A stretch of 64,000 bases of DNA, taken from the NCBI GenBank assembly GCA_965209055.1, contig OZ242374.1:4576001-4640000 (forward strand), written 5' to 3'. The translations under genes were made by a program, and so were the position numbers. The DNA is from Acidobacteriota bacterium. Lineage in GTDB: Bacteria; Acidobacteriota; UBA6911; RPQK01; JAJDTT01. The notes under the pieces are model-generated. The model was not told the origin of the DNA. It searched no databases and saw only the letters and a list, made by a program, of their open reading frames with translations. Shown piece after piece: positions 1-10,571 of the stretch; the stretch's first letter is position 1, and every line of letters starts with the position of its first letter.

Positions 1-1447
1 TTTCGTTGTCTCCCGTCAAGAGCAGAGACTTCCGGATCCCCAATTCGCGCAACTCGGCCACCGCCTGGTTGGCCTCTTGCCGGGGCTGATCCTGCAGGAG
101 GAGGACGCCGGCGGCCCGCTCTTCCCATCCCACCAGGACGGCGATGCCTCCTTCGGACGCGGCCTGATCCAGGACCTCCCGTTCCGGCTTGGAAAGGGCG
201 ACTCCCTGCTGTTCCAGGAAGCGGGCGCTGCCGACGAGTACGGTCGGACCCGCCTCATCGCCGGTGGAAGGCAGTGTTCCTTCCAGTCCCAGACCCGCGT
301 GCCTTTGGACCGACTCCCCCGGCGAGACGTCGAGCCCGCGGCTCTCGGCCGCCTCCCGAATGGCCTTGGCCAGCAGATGCTCGGAGAAGAATTCCAGGGA
401 GGCTGCCCAACCCAGGATCGCATCGGGACGGAACTCTCCGAAGGGAATCACCCGGACCAGCTCGGGCCGGCCCCGGGTGAGGGTGCCGGTCTTGTCGAAG
501 GCGAAGCAGTCGATCTTGGAGAGCTCCTCGATCTGGACCCCGCCCCGAACCACGATCCCCTTCCGGGCCAGGGCGCTGATGGTGGCCAGCACCGCCGCCG
601 GCGTGGCCAGGACCATGGCGCAGGGACAGGCCACGATGAGGATCGCCACGGAGCGCATCCAGTCGCCCGTCACCACGTAACAGAGAACCGCGATTCCCAG
701 CACCAGGGGCAGGAACCATTGGGCGTAGCGGTCCGCGGTCCGCTGGATGGGAGCCTTGCTCTCCCGGGCCTGGCGCACCAGCTCCATGATCCGGTTCAAC
801 ACCGTGGTTTCGCCCACCTGGCGGGCGCGGACCAGGAGCCGGGCGGTCTGGTTCACGCTGCCGGCATAGACCTGGTCGCGGACCGACCGCTCCCGGGGCA
901 CCGACTCGCCCGTGATGGAGCTCTCGTCCAGGAGCGATTCCCCTTCCAGGATGGCGCCGTCCACCGGGACCCTCTCGCCGGGATAGACCACCACCCGGTC
1001 CTCCGGCCGGAGTTCTCCCAGAGCCACCTGCTCCTCGCCGTCGTCTCCCCAGCGGTGGGCCTCCTGGGGCAACATCGAGAGAAGCTGCGTCAGGTCGGTG
1101 TGGAACCTTTGGGAGGCGTAGGCTTCCAACGTCTCGCCCACGAGCATGATGTAGACCACCTCGGCGGCGGCCAGGTACTCGCCCACGTAGAGGGCGGCCA
1201 GAGCCGCCAGAGTCACCGCCTGATCGGCGCTGATCCGCCGGTAGATCACGTCCTGGAACGCCCGGTGGAAGGTGCTGTACCCGTAGAGGAAGGTCAGGAC
1301 GATGCCCAGGTCCCAGGGGAAAGGCGAAACGACCCACTCCTGCCAGTAGGCCACCAGGAGCAGGCCGCCCAGGACCAGTCCCGCAAAGCGCCAGCGGAAG
1401 ACGGCCCCTTCGTCCAGATGGAACGTGTGTCCGAGGGGAGGGATCAT
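1..1447 (-). CDS. Heavy-metal translocating P1B-type ATPase (3'-partial, runs off the window start)
   Basis: Not in the ORF track because it has no stop in the window. Manual translation from ATG 1447 gives MIPPLGHTFHLDEGAVFRWRFAGLVLGG..., with DESSITGES (A-domain), VACPCAMVLATP (CPC metal site), FDKTGTLT (phosphorylation) and SEHLL. No N-terminal HMA domain. Confidence 0.92.
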   Translation of the reverse strand, partial: MIPPLGHTFHLDEGAVFRWRFAGLVLGGLLLVAYWQEWVVSPFPWDLGIVLTFLYGYSTFHRAFQDVIYRRISADQAVTLAALAALYVGEYLAAAEVVYIMLVGETLEAYASQRFHTDLTQLLSMLPQEAHRWGDDGEEQVALGELRPEDRVVVYPGERVPVDGAILEGESLLDESSITGESVPRERSVRDQVYAGSVNQTARLLVRARQVGETTVLNRIMELVRQARESKAPIQRTADRYAQWFLPLVLGIAVLCYVVTGDWMRSVAILIVACPCAMVLATPAAVLATISALARKGIVVRGGVQIEELSKIDCFAFDKTGTLTRGRPELVRVIPFGEFRPDAILGWAASLEFFSEHLLAKAIREAAESRGLDVSPGESVQRHAGLGLEGTLPSTGDEAGPTVLVGSARFLEQQGVALSKPEREVLDQAASEGGIAVLVGWEERAAGVLLLQDQPRQEANQAVAELRELGIRKSLLLTGDNE

Positions 1448-1577
1448 GATGGCGCCGTCCACTATACAAGCCGTTCTGGCCGGTTCAAAGAGACCGCTTG
1501 ATCCCCCTGAGCGGGGCTGGATACAATCCCCCTCCCAAGGGGGACCCCCATAGCCGGCGCCTCCCGGAGCCCAGCCC

Positions 1578-3371
1578 ATGCTCGATCGATTCCAGAGGCG
1601 GAACGAACCTGTCTACCGGGCCGATCTGGACCGCTGTCAGCCGGCGAGCGCCCTCAGCCGGACGGCTCGCCGATTCGCCTGGCGAATGCTGGACTTCGAG
1701 ACCGACAAGGCCGCCGGAACGCTCCTTTTCGCCGGCGAGGAGACGGAAGCCGCCGAGATCACCTATCCCCTTGAAGTCCAAGGATGGCACGACATTTATA
1801 TCGGCCTCTTCAACAACGCATGGCGCCCCTATGAGGCTCAACGGGTCTTCGCCCGGCTCAGCGGAGATCCGGCGTTCTCGCTCGTCTATCTTCCGATCCC
1901 CAGCGAACGCGCCTGGGGTGTTCCGGGCGACGATCAGAAACAGGGCCCCAGAATCCAGGACGTCTTCTGGAAGACCGCCGACCTGACAGGCCAGACCGTG
2001 GCGTTCCGCCAACCGTGCCAGCGGGCGGTGCCCGACGAACAGGCTTTCGGCAACATCAGCGGCAAGGTCTGGCTCGCCTACATCAAGCTGGTCCCCCTCA
2101 CCGGCGAAGAGGTCGAAGACCTGGAACTCGACAGGTCCGACCCGGCCAATCGCCGGCTGTTCGCCTACAACGACTCCTGGTTCGACGGCGACCGGGGTTC
2201 CCGAATGCCGGGAGGCCGGTCCGAAGAGACGGCCATCCAGGCCCAACTGGAACCCTACCGGAACACCGATTTCGGGCGCATCTACTGGGACGGCGCTCAC
2301 GGGGACATCTGCAACTACCTGACGCGCATCGGGCGGGTCTGGGACGGCCGGGGCATCCGGACCCAGGATCCCCCCAGGCGTTACGACCGCCTGGCCCGGG
2401 AAGCCTGGGACGACTACGTGGAACGCGGAATCTATCCCTTCCGCGTCGCCGCAGACTTCGCTCACGAACTCGACATGGAGTTCCACGCCTGTTACCGAAT
2501 CGGGTGGCGACCCTTCTACTGGCCGCCGCCGTTCGACGAATTCAATCGCGGCGGACTCTACGACCAGTGCCCCGAGCTCCGTTGCGTGGGCCGCGACGGA
2601 CGGCCCTCCCTCGGCCTGTCGTTTGCCTTTCCCGAAACCCGCCGCTACGTCCTCTCATTGATCCGGGAGATGACCGGCTATCCCATCGACGGCGTCGCCA
2701 TTCTCTACAACCGTCAGCCCCCCTTCCTCGAATACGAATGGCCGTTGGTGGAGGGCTTCCAGGAGGAGTTCGGAGTGGACCCCCGCCGCCTGCCCGAAAC
2801 GGATCCACGCTGGCTGGCCTACAAGAGCCGGATTCTCACCGGTTTCATGGAAGACCTGAAGGCCGAACTGGCTGAGGCCGCCCGGGAGCAGGGCCGGTCC
2901 GCACCGTATCCGGTCACCGCCTGGCTGTTCGGCTCCCGCGAGGAGAACCTGCTTTACGGGATCGACGTGGAGCGGTGGGTTCGGGAGGGCTTGGTGGACA
3001 CCCTGATCCCCTACACCTCGGCCCGGAGCCTGTTCAGCTTCGAGACCGCCTGGGAAGACGCAGCCGACGTCACCTATTGGGTTCGCATGGCCCGTGCGGG
3101 AAATTGCCGGTTGGCGCTCAATGTGATGCCCCGAAACATGGACGCCACACAGTATCGGAACAAGGCCGGCCAGCTCTACTCCCTGGGAGTCGAACACCTG
3201 GCCTTCTGGGACACCGCCATTGCCGGGGGCCGGGCCTCGGAGACACTTGCCCGTCTGGGTCACCATGAGGAGATCGCCGGCTGGATCATGGCCGGCCGTC
3301 CCGAACCCCAGTCGACTTCCAGTCCGCTATGGAAGTTGGGAGAGTGGGACCTGAGCTATTTCCCCGAATGA
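1578..3371 (+). CDS. Uncharacterised glycoside-hydrolase-like (GHL10-type) TIM-barrel protein; paralog of 59181-60965
   Basis: 597-aa ORF with motifs AHELDMEFHACYR, LSFAFPETRRYVLSLIREM..YPIDG, DVERWVREGLVDTL. No signal peptide. Collinear similarity to 59181-60965. Confidence 0.7.
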   Translation: MLDRFQRRNEPVYRADLDRCQPASALSRTARRFAWRMLDFETDKAAGTLLFAGEETEAAEITYPLEVQGWHDIYIGLFNNAWRPYEAQRVFARLSGDPAFSLVYLPIPSERAWGVPGDDQKQGPRIQDVFWKTADLTGQTVAFRQPCQRAVPDEQAFGNISGKVWLAYIKLVPLTGEEVEDLELDRSDPANRRLFAYNDSWFDGDRGSRMPGGRSEETAIQAQLEPYRNTDFGRIYWDGAHGDICNYLTRIGRVWDGRGIRTQDPPRRYDRLAREAWDDYVERGIYPFRVAADFAHELDMEFHACYRIGWRPFYWPPPFDEFNRGGLYDQCPELRCVGRDGRPSLGLSFAFPETRRYVLSLIREMTGYPIDGVAILYNRQPPFLEYEWPLVEGFQEEFGVDPRRLPETDPRWLAYKSRILTGFMEDLKAELAEAAREQGRSAPYPVTAWLFGSREENLLYGIDVERWVREGLVDTLIPYTSARSLFSFETAWEDAADVTYWVRMARAGNCRLALNVMPRNMDATQYRNKAGQLYSLGVEHLAFWDTAIAGGRASETLARLGHHEEIAGWIMAGRPEPQSTSSPLWKLGEWDLSYFPE

Positions 3372-3405
3372 GCTTCCAACCGCTCGAACGAAGAAGGAGC
3401 ATCCC

Positions 3406-5559
3406 TTGAATCGGCGGCCCTGGGCTCAACTCGCGATTCTGTCAGTCCTTCTGCCGGCAAGTCTTCCGGCTCAGTCGGGAGAGCCGTTCTTCAATCCCTA
3501 CGGCCTGACCGAAGATACCCTCGACGGCCTGCAAATGCGGAACCCCCGCCACCGGCTCTTCGTCGAGTTCTTCTCGGCGATGCTTCTGAACCAGCGGGTG
3601 GATCGGGAGGCGGCCTTCGCCGTCTACGGGCAGGTCCGGCCTCTCACTCTCCTGCAGAGGAACGTCTACGGAGACCAAGCCGTCTTCGCGGCCGCAAACG
3701 TGAGGGCTCAAATCAGCGCGGGTCTCTGGAATCTCTCTTCGCCGGAACTGCTCAAGGTCGACGTAAACCCTCCGGTAGTCCTGGTCCAACCGTCGCGCCT
3801 GCAATTCACCCGGGGATTGGAGAATCGGGCGTTGGTCCTGGTTCGGAATCGATCCCAAGTCCAGCAGAACGCGAGCCTGGAACCGGCGGAGGGTCCGTTG
3901 TATTTCCGGCCTCGGCAAGTCCGGTTGGCCCCCGGGGAAGTCCATCCTCTCATTGTCCGAGTCTGGGGTGAGGACGGAGAGAGCCTGGATCTCAATGTCC
4001 GATCCGGACGCCGCCTTCTTCGGGTGAGTCTTCCCCTGGCATGGAATCCCGCCGGTCGCCTCCAGATCCGGGTCTTGGACGAGTCCGGCCGGCATGTCCC
4101 GGCCCGGGTGGAGGTGGTGGGTTCCGACGGCCTGGGACGGGCCCCCTCGGGAACCTATCTCCGCTATACGCCGATGCGGGCGGGCCCCTACTTTCACACC
4201 CGAGGAATCAGCAGCCTGGTCCTGCCGGTGGGAAAGACCCGAATCCGTGTCGCGAGGGGATTCGAGCACCGCTACCAGGAACGGATCGTCGACCTGCAGC
4301 CTGGCGGACGCGGCACACTGGAATTTCGCTTGGAGCGCTTCCACGACGCCGCCGCCCGCGGCTGGTACTCGGGAGACATCCACATCCACCCCAACCTGGT
4401 CCACAAGACCATGGACCAGGTCATCAATCCCGTCGACATCCGCCTCCAGACGGTGGCGGAGGACCTGAACGTAGCCAACCTCCTGGTCTGCAATTCGCAG
4501 GGCGCGGTCCTCTACGACCGCCAGCACTTCACCGGCGCTCCCCACCCCCTGAGTACACCGCGGCATATCCTCTACTGGAGCCAGGAGCTCCGTCCGGCCC
4601 TCTACGGCCACATCGGCGTCCTGAACCTGAAGCGCTTTCTGGAGCCCCCGTATAACGGATTCCCCGCCAGCTTCTTCCCTTTCGACTACCCGTCCAACGC
4701 CACCGCCGTCAGGGAAGTTCGCAAGGAAGGGGCCGCCGTCTTCTACGTTCACCCTTCCCTGGGGCGACAGCGCTGGATCCCGGTCGACGCCGCGCTCGGA
4801 ACCGTCGACGGCATGGAGATCCTCGGCTTGTCCAACACCCAGAGTTCCAACACCCTCTACCGCCTGCTGCTCGACTGCGGCTGGCGCCTCAGCGCCGTGG
4901 CCGGCACCGACGCCTTCAACAACGTCCGCCGGCACAAGGTCCTGGGCGGGGATCGCGTCTACGCCTACACGGGGGACAAGCTGTCTTACGAGGACTGGGT
5001 TCGCGCACTGCAGCAAGGGAGGACGTTCGTCAGCAACGGACCTCTGCTTTACTTCCGCGTCCAGGGCCGGCTTCCCGGAAGCGAGATCGCCCTGGACGAA
5101 CCCGGACCTGTGGAGTTGGAGGTGGAGGCGTATTCCCAGGTCCCCATGGAGAAGGTGGAAATCCTCTTCAACAGCGAGGTCCTGCAGGAGATTCCCCTGC
5201 AAGACGGCACCAAATTGAATCATCGGGGGACGATCCGGGTTCCGTCCAGCGGCTGGATGGCCGCCCGGATTTGGGGAGAAGAGCATCCATTGGTGGTCAA
5301 CAACCCGGAACTCTTCGCCCACACGACGCCGGTCTATCTCACGGTGGGAGGGCGGCCCTACGCGGATCCCGAAGCCCTCGAATTCTTCCTGGAGAGGTTC
5401 CAGGAAATGCGCCGGACCTCCCTCGCCGGAGGCTCTTTCGAGAGCCTCCATCAGCAGCGCGAGGTTCTGGGCCAGTTGGCGGAAGCGGAGAAAATCTACC
5501 GGGAGCGGCTGAAATGGTCCCGCAATACTCCTGCCGACGCTGCGGACTCCGGTCCATGA
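3406..5559 (+). CDS. CehA/McbA family (PHP-fold) metallohydrolase, secreted
   Basis: TTG start after GAAGGAG, Sec-type signal peptide, GWYSGDIHIH, YGHIG, YVHP, AGTD, GRTFVSNGP, FAHTTPVY. Confidence 0.82.
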   Translation: MNRRPWAQLAILSVLLPASLPAQSGEPFFNPYGLTEDTLDGLQMRNPRHRLFVEFFSAMLLNQRVDREAAFAVYGQVRPLTLLQRNVYGDQAVFAAANVRAQISAGLWNLSSPELLKVDVNPPVVLVQPSRLQFTRGLENRALVLVRNRSQVQQNASLEPAEGPLYFRPRQVRLAPGEVHPLIVRVWGEDGESLDLNVRSGRRLLRVSLPLAWNPAGRLQIRVLDESGRHVPARVEVVGSDGLGRAPSGTYLRYTPMRAGPYFHTRGISSLVLPVGKTRIRVARGFEHRYQERIVDLQPGGRGTLEFRLERFHDAAARGWYSGDIHIHPNLVHKTMDQVINPVDIRLQTVAEDLNVANLLVCNSQGAVLYDRQHFTGAPHPLSTPRHILYWSQELRPALYGHIGVLNLKRFLEPPYNGFPASFFPFDYPSNATAVREVRKEGAAVFYVHPSLGRQRWIPVDAALGTVDGMEILGLSNTQSSNTLYRLLLDCGWRLSAVAGTDAFNNVRRHKVLGGDRVYAYTGDKLSYEDWVRALQQGRTFVSNGPLLYFRVQGRLPGSEIALDEPGPVELEVEAYSQVPMEKVEILFNSEVLQEIPLQDGTKLNHRGTIRVPSSGWMAARIWGEEHPLVVNNPELFAHTTPVYLTVGGRPYADPEALEFFLERFQEMRRTSLAGGSFESLHQQREVLGQLAEAEKIYRERLKWSRNTPADAADSGP

Positions 5560-5578
5560 CAAGAGTCGCCGACGGCTG

Positions 5579-5744
5579 TTAACGGTTCATGGTGAAAGTC
5601 CCGCGAGCACCGAGACCGTTCCTGCGCCCGCCGGACAAGGCGCGATTCGGGTGCATACCAGGAGTATGTGCCCGAATCGCAACACAGTCCGCCGGGATGC
5701 AGGGACGGTCGAATGCCGTGACGACTTTCACCATGAACTGTTAA
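5579..5744 (+). repeat. Long imperfect inverted repeat (rod-like hairpin) bounded by TTAA; MITE-like element or structured RNA
   Basis: TTAA-CGGTTCATGGTGAAAGTC (5579-5600) pairs with GACTTTCACCATGAACTG-TTAA (5723-5744). Internal stems are 5614-25/5699-5710, 5627-36/5687-96 and 5642-58/5664-80, with loop CAGGA. Confidence 0.85.
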
Positions 5745-5772
5745 GATCCAAGGCATTCGATCGGATCGAGCC

Positions 5773-8430
5773 GTGACCCATTGGCATCCCATCTCCGCCC
5801 CGTCAGGACGCTGCCTCCGGGTGGCCGTGGCCGTAGCGACCCTCAGTTGGGGAGCGGCCTGGCCGAGTTCCCCCGCGTCCCGCCCTGCCGATCGGGCCTC
5901 CGAGATCCTCAAGCACGAGTGTCTGAGTTGCCATGGCTCCATCCGCGCCTCGGGCCTGGATCTCCGGTCCCGGGAGGGCATGCTCCGCGGCGGCAACCGC
6001 GGTCCGGCGGTGGACCCGGGCCGGCCCGATTCCAGCCTGCTCTACCAGGCCGTCGCCCACGCGGGCGATCTGGCCATGCCTCCTGGAGAGAAACGGCTCC
6101 CCGACCGGGACGTGGAAACCCTCAAGGCCTGGATCGAGGCCGGGGCTTCCTGGCCCGAATCTGCCGGCGATGACGGCGGCGGCCCGGCCTGGTGGTCCTT
6201 TCGCCCACCGGTCCGCCCCGAGCCTCCCCAAGTCCTCGGGGCAGCACACCGGGTGCGCAATCCCATCGACAACTTCGTGCTGGCCCGGCTCCATGCCCAG
6301 GGCCTGAAACCGGCTCCCGAAGCGGCCCGGCCGGAGCTGGTCCGCAGAGTCTACATCGACCTGATCGGACTGCCGCCCACCCCGGAACAAGTGGAGTCCT
6401 TCCTCCGGGACGAGTCTCCCAAGGCGTTCGAAAAGCTGGTGGACCAGTTGCTGGAGTCGCCCGCCTACGGCGAGCGCTGGGCCCGGCACTGGCTCGACGT
6501 GGTCCGGTACGCCGACAGCGGCGGGTTCGAGACGGACGAGTATTATCCCAACGCCTGGCGCTACCGGGACTACGTGATCAAGTCCTTCAACGAAGACAAG
6601 CCATACGACCGCTTCATCCAGGAACAGATCGCGGCCGACGAGCTTTGGCCCGACAACCTGGACCTCTTCGACACCAGCTACGCCATTCGCCCGGAAAAGG
6701 TGGCCCACATGGAGGCCCGCGTCGCCACCAGCCTCTACGGGTTCGGGCCTTCCATCGGCGAATCCACCCTGGACGCCCCCAAGCTCCGTTACGAGCGCCT
6801 GACCGATTGGGTGGACATGACGGGAGCGGCCTTCATGGGCCTGACCCTGGCCTGCGCCCGCTGTCATGACCACAAGTTCGATCCCATCACCCAAGAGGAC
6901 TACTTCCGGATGCAGGCCATCTTCGCGCCCTCCCATCCGGTGACGCTCCCGGTGGTCACGGCCATGAGCATGTTTCACCGGAACGAGCACTACCCCCGGA
7001 CCATCGCCCTGGACGAACGGCGCCGGGCCCACGAAATGTTCGAGTCCAAGGTCCGGGGCCGTTTGACCGAGGAACAGAAGGCGGGTTTCTCACCGGAGGC
7101 GCGCCGGGCCTACGAAAAACCGGAGAAGGAACGGACGAAAGAGGAGCGGATGCTGGCGGCTCCGGTCCAGGACGCCGTGGCGGACTTTTTCAATCGAAAT
7201 ACCTTCAAGCTCAAGGACCACCTGACGCCGGAAGAGAAGGCGGAACGGTCCCGGCTGCTCCTGGCCATCGCCGAGAAGGTCTTGGAGGTCCCCGTCTCCG
7301 ACGGCTCCCACGCCATCCGATGGGATGGATTTTACGACACGCCCTCGGCCACGGTCCTGGGCCACATCCAGGGAGAGCTGATCCCGGAGACCCGCATTCT
7401 GGAGCGGGGCGATCTGGACCGTCCGGGGGAGCGGGTGGGAGCCGGATTGCCCCGGATCCTGGGGGAAGACGTGGACTTCCGCACCAACCAGGGCCATGGG
7501 CCCCGTCACCGGAAACACCTGGCCCTGTGGCTGACTCGTCCCGATCATCCGCTCACTGCCCGTGTCATGGTCAACCGCCTCTGGCAGTGGCATTTCGGGC
7601 GGGGCCTCGTGTCCACGTCCAACGATTTCGGCCTCCAGGGGCAGCCCCCGTCCCACCCCGAGCTTCTGGACTGGCTCGCCACCGAATTCGTCCGCCAGGG
7701 CTGGAGCCTCAAGGCGATGCACCGGCTGATCGTCCAATCCTCGGCTTACCGGCTCAGCAGCCGGTTCGACGACCCTGGCAACACCGCCGCCGACCCGGAC
7801 AATGCCTACCTCTGGAGGGCCAATCGGAGACGGGTCGAGGCCGAGGTCCTGTGGGACAGCATTCATGCCGTGGCCGGCACCCTGAACTCCAAGATGTACG
7901 GGCGGCCGTTCGTGCCGCCGCTGTCGGAGGATGAACTGGCCGGCTTCCGGCTCAAGTGGGCCTGGACCGTGCCGGCGGATCCCGCAGAGCACAGCCGAAG
8001 AGGCATCTACATCCTCTCGCGGCGGAACTTCGTCTTCCCTATGTTCGAGAAATTCGATACTCCCGATCCGGCCGTCAGTTGTCCCGAGCGCTCCGTGACT
8101 ACCGTGGCCCCCCAGTCCCTCTGGCTCCTCAACAACGATGCCGTCTTCCGGCAGGCCCTGGCGTTTGCCGGACGCCTGGTGCGGGAAGGGGGTTCCGAGC
8201 CGGGCCAGTGGGTGGACCGGGCCTGGCGGACTGCGTTGGGGCGTCCGCCCACCGGTCAGGAGACCCGGGACGCGCTGGAGACTCTGGCGTCTGCCGCGGG
8301 CGAACGGTGGGCGGAGTTGCCGGAGGGCGCTCCCCCGGAGTTGAAGACCATCGAGCGGAATCAGGCCCAGGGACTGACGGAACTCTGCCTGGCCGTGTTC
8401 AACCTCAATGAGTTTCTCTTTGTTGATTGA
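5773..8430 (+). CDS. PSD1 (DUF1549/DUF1553) and planctomycete cytochrome c domain protein
   Basis: N-terminal CLSCH, then [75 protein letters not shown] and C-terminal NEFLFVD. Start could instead be GTG 5821. Confidence 0.92.
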   Translation: MTHWHPISAPSGRCLRVAVAVATLSWGAAWPSSPASRPADRASEILKHECLSCHGSIRASGLDLRSREGMLRGGNRGPAVDPGRPDSSLLYQAVAHAGDLAMPPGEKRLPDRDVETLKAWIEAGASWPESAGDDGGGPAWWSFRPPVRPEPPQVLGAAHRVRNPIDNFVLARLHAQGLKPAPEAARPELVRRVYIDLIGLPPTPEQVESFLRDESPKAFEKLVDQLLESPAYGERWARHWLDVVRYADSGGFETDEYYPNAWRYRDYVIKSFNEDKPYDRFIQEQIAADELWPDNLDLFDTSYAIRPEKVAHMEARVATSLYGFGPSIGESTLDAPKLRYERLTDWVDMTGAAFMGLTLACARCHDHKFDPITQEDYFRMQAIFAPSHPVTLPVVTAMSMFHRNEHYPRTIALDERRRAHEMFESKVRGRLTEEQKAGFSPEARRAYEKPEKERTKEERMLAAPVQDAVADFFNRNTFKLKDHLTPEEKAERSRLLLAIAEKVLEVPVSDGSHAIRWDGFYDTPSATVLGHIQGELIPETRILERGDLDRPGERVGAGLPRILGEDVDFRTNQGHGPRHRKHLALWLTRPDHPLTARVMVNRLWQWHFGRGLVSTSNDFGLQGQPPSHPELLDWLATEFVRQGWSLKAMHRLIVQSSAYRLSSRFDDPGNTAADPDNAYLWRANRRRVEAEVLWDSIHAVAGTLNSKMYGRPFVPPLSEDELAGFRLKWAWTVPADPAEHSRRGIYILSRRNFVFPMFEKFDTPDPAVSCPERSVTTVAPQSLWLLNNDAVFRQALAFAGRLVREGGSEPGQWVDRAWRTALGRPPTGQETRDALETLASAAGERWAELPEGAPPELKTIERNQAQGLTELCLAVFNLNEFLFVD

Positions 8431-8455
8431 AGCGCATACTTGTGGATCCGGAATT

Positions 8456-8508
8456 GGGGGACAGGAATGTCCACTTTCCCGGTGGGGGACAGGAATGTCC
8501 CCCCTCCT
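8456..8508. repeat. Tandem pair of REP-like palindromes
   Basis: GGGGGACAGGAATGTCCACTTTCC followed by GGGGGACAGGAATGTCCCCCCTCCT, intergenic. Same family as the copies at 22616 and 35015. Confidence 0.75.
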
Positions 8509-8565
8509 GTTGACGTTGCCACGTTGGCGGGGCTTCAATAGGAGCACTCATTCAAGGAGTGGAAT

Positions 8566-10038
8566 GTGATTTCCAACACTTGCCAGGGCGCCGTTCAGGT
8601 CGGTTCCAGGCGGGAGTTTCTGAAGGCGTCCTCCTTCGGTTTCGGCTCCCTCGCTCTGGGCGGCCTCTTGGAGCGGGAGGGCCGGCTCCTGGCCTCCAAC
8701 GACGCCGGTGTCTCGCCCTTGGCTCCCAGGGAACCCCATTTTCCGGCCCAGGCCAGGAGCGTCATCTTCCTGTTCATGCAGGGCGGATTGAGCCAGGTGG
8801 ACAGCTTCGACCCCAAGCCGGCTCTGGCGCGGTACGACGGGCAACCGTTGCCTTCCAGTTTCCGCACCGATCTGGAGTTGGCCCAGATCAACCCCTATGA
8901 GTCCAAGCTCATGGCCAGCCGCCGCACCTTCAAGCAGAGGGGCCGGTCCGGCATCGAGATCTCGGATCTCTTCGAAGGGCTCGCCAGGCATGCGGACGAC
9001 ATGGCCGTCATCCGGTCCTGTTACCACGAGTCGTTCATCCACGGTCCCGCCCTCACCTACCTGCACACGGGAAGCCTGCAGTTGGGGAGTCCCAGCATGG
9101 GTTCCTGGATCCTTTACGGGCTGGGGAGCGAGACGGACAACCTCCCCTCCTACATCGTGATGACCGACAGCATCTTCCGGTCCAGCACTTCCAATTTCAG
9201 CACCGGCTTCCTTCCGGCCATCTACCAGGGGACGCTCATCAACACCGAGGGCCAGCCCTTTCAGAACCTGAAGCCCCCGTCCCGGATGGACCTGGACCGG
9301 CAGCGCGCCCTGCTCCAGCGGATCGAAGGCTGGAACCGGAGCCATCTCGAAACCCGTCCCGGAGACAGCCGCCTGGAGGCCAGAATCCGAAACTACGAGC
9401 TGGCGTTCCGAATGCAGATGGCGGCGCCCGAACTCATCGATCTTTCCGGGGAACCGGAGCACGTGAAGCGGATGTACGGCCTGGATCGGGATCAGACCCG
9501 CAAGTTCGGCCGCATGTGCCTGCTGGCGCGGCGAATGGTGGAGAGAGGCGTCCGCTTCGTGCATCTTTACAGCGGCGGTTGGGACGCTCACGGCGAGTGC
9601 GACAAGAACCACATGAAGAACTCGTGGAAGACGGACCAGCCCATGGCCGCTCTGCTGGAAGACCTCAAACAGCGGGGCCTGCTGGAGAGCACTCTGGTCA
9701 TCTCCACGGGCGAGTTCGGCCGAACTCCGGTCATGCAGGGCAAGGAGGGGCGCGACCACAATCCCTTCGGTTTCAGCGCCTGGATGGCGGGAGGCGGTGT
9801 TCGCGGCGGCCAGGCCATCGGCGCTACCGACGATCTGGGTTTCGTGGCCGTGGAAGACAAGATGCACGTCAACGACCTCCATGCCTCCATGCTGGGATTG
9901 ATGGGCCTGGACCACCGCCGCCTGACCTACTTCTTCCAGGGGCTGGACCGGCGCCTCAGTGGAGTCGGCGAAGCAGGCGAGGCCGGCGAGGACCTGTACC
10001 GGAAGCTGACTGGGAGGTCCATTGGCCATTCGTCCTGA
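8566..10038 (+). CDS. DUF1501 domain protein (Tat-exported)
   Basis: SRREFLK twin-arginine motif, SVIFLFMQGGLSQVDSFDPKP, CLLARRMVERGVRFV, GEFGRTP, GRDHNP. Usual partner of PSD1 genes. Confidence 0.92.
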   Translation: MISNTCQGAVQVGSRREFLKASSFGFGSLALGGLLEREGRLLASNDAGVSPLAPREPHFPAQARSVIFLFMQGGLSQVDSFDPKPALARYDGQPLPSSFRTDLELAQINPYESKLMASRRTFKQRGRSGIEISDLFEGLARHADDMAVIRSCYHESFIHGPALTYLHTGSLQLGSPSMGSWILYGLGSETDNLPSYIVMTDSIFRSSTSNFSTGFLPAIYQGTLINTEGQPFQNLKPPSRMDLDRQRALLQRIEGWNRSHLETRPGDSRLEARIRNYELAFRMQMAAPELIDLSGEPEHVKRMYGLDRDQTRKFGRMCLLARRMVERGVRFVHLYSGGWDAHGECDKNHMKNSWKTDQPMAALLEDLKQRGLLESTLVISTGEFGRTPVMQGKEGRDHNPFGFSAWMAGGGVRGGQAIGATDDLGFVAVEDKMHVNDLHASMLGLMGLDHRRLTYFFQGLDRRLSGVGEAGEAGEDLYRKLTGRSIGHSS

Positions 10039-10558
10039 GAAGGCTTGGCGGGCGATCGCCTTCCTGAGCCTGATCTCCGCCACAGCCGCGGGTCCCCTGC
10101 CCCAAAGCGGCGCTCCCTTCGTCGGCAAGGTCCGATTGCCGGTGAATCTTCGAACCGCTGAGGGGACCGTTCTGGCGAAGGGGCCCTTCGACGTGGAGGT
10201 GCGGTCAGAGGACGGCAGCATCTGGCTGCGCTTCCTCTCCCCATCGGCCGGGCCGGTCTCTCTCCAGGGTGTGCCCGTGGACCCGAAGGATTGGACCGCC
10301 GCCGCCGGATGGCCCCTGGCGGGAACCGTGCATCTTCACCCCGTGTCCATCCCCATCGGCACCGATGCCGAGCGCCACAAGAGCAGGACCGGCATGCCCC
10401 AATACCTGGAAACGCCGCGAGTCTGGAACGCCACGCTTCGCCTGTACCGTAGCGAGGACCCGGCCGGAGCGGTTTCGGTCCTCTTCCACGAGAACCATCC
10501 CGGCGGCCCGATCCGGGCTCGGTTCAAGCTGTATGCCGCCGCCGATGGGAAACCCTGA
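10022..10558 (+). CDS. Hypothetical secreted protein
   Basis: TTG start after GGGAGG, hydrophobic signal-like N-terminus, fills the gap between co-oriented genes. Confidence 0.6.
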   Translation: MAIRPEKAWRAIAFLSLISATAAGPLPQSGAPFVGKVRLPVNLRTAEGTVLAKGPFDVEVRSEDGSIWLRFLSPSAGPVSLQGVPVDPKDWTAAAGWPLAGTVHLHPVSIPIGTDAERHKSRTGMPQYLETPRVWNATLRLYRSEDPAGAVSVLFHENHPGGPIRARFKLYAAADGKP

Positions 10559-10571
10559 GGAGTATTCCCCT

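Noticed and set aside
77-1501. Long antisense or alternate-frame ORFs (for example 77-1501, 3442-5562, 8548-10221, 16261-18501, 39301-41478, 42878-44467, 44473-46212, 59325-61022)
   Set aside because: They are shadows of well-supported genes on the opposite strand, expected in high-GC DNA, and show no recognisable motifs.
5579-5744. Integron attC site or 6S/SRP RNA interpretation of the long hairpin
   Set aside because: The ends do not match RYYYAAC/GTTRRY-type cores exactly, it is longer than a typical attC, and there is no cassette array or integrase. It has no large central bubble or SRP GGAA/AGCAG motif. Kept only as an unclassified element.
8456-8508. Possible mini-CRISPR from the direct repeat GGGGGACAGGAATGTCC
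   Set aside because: Only two copies with a few bases between them, no spacers and no cas genes. It fits the REP family.
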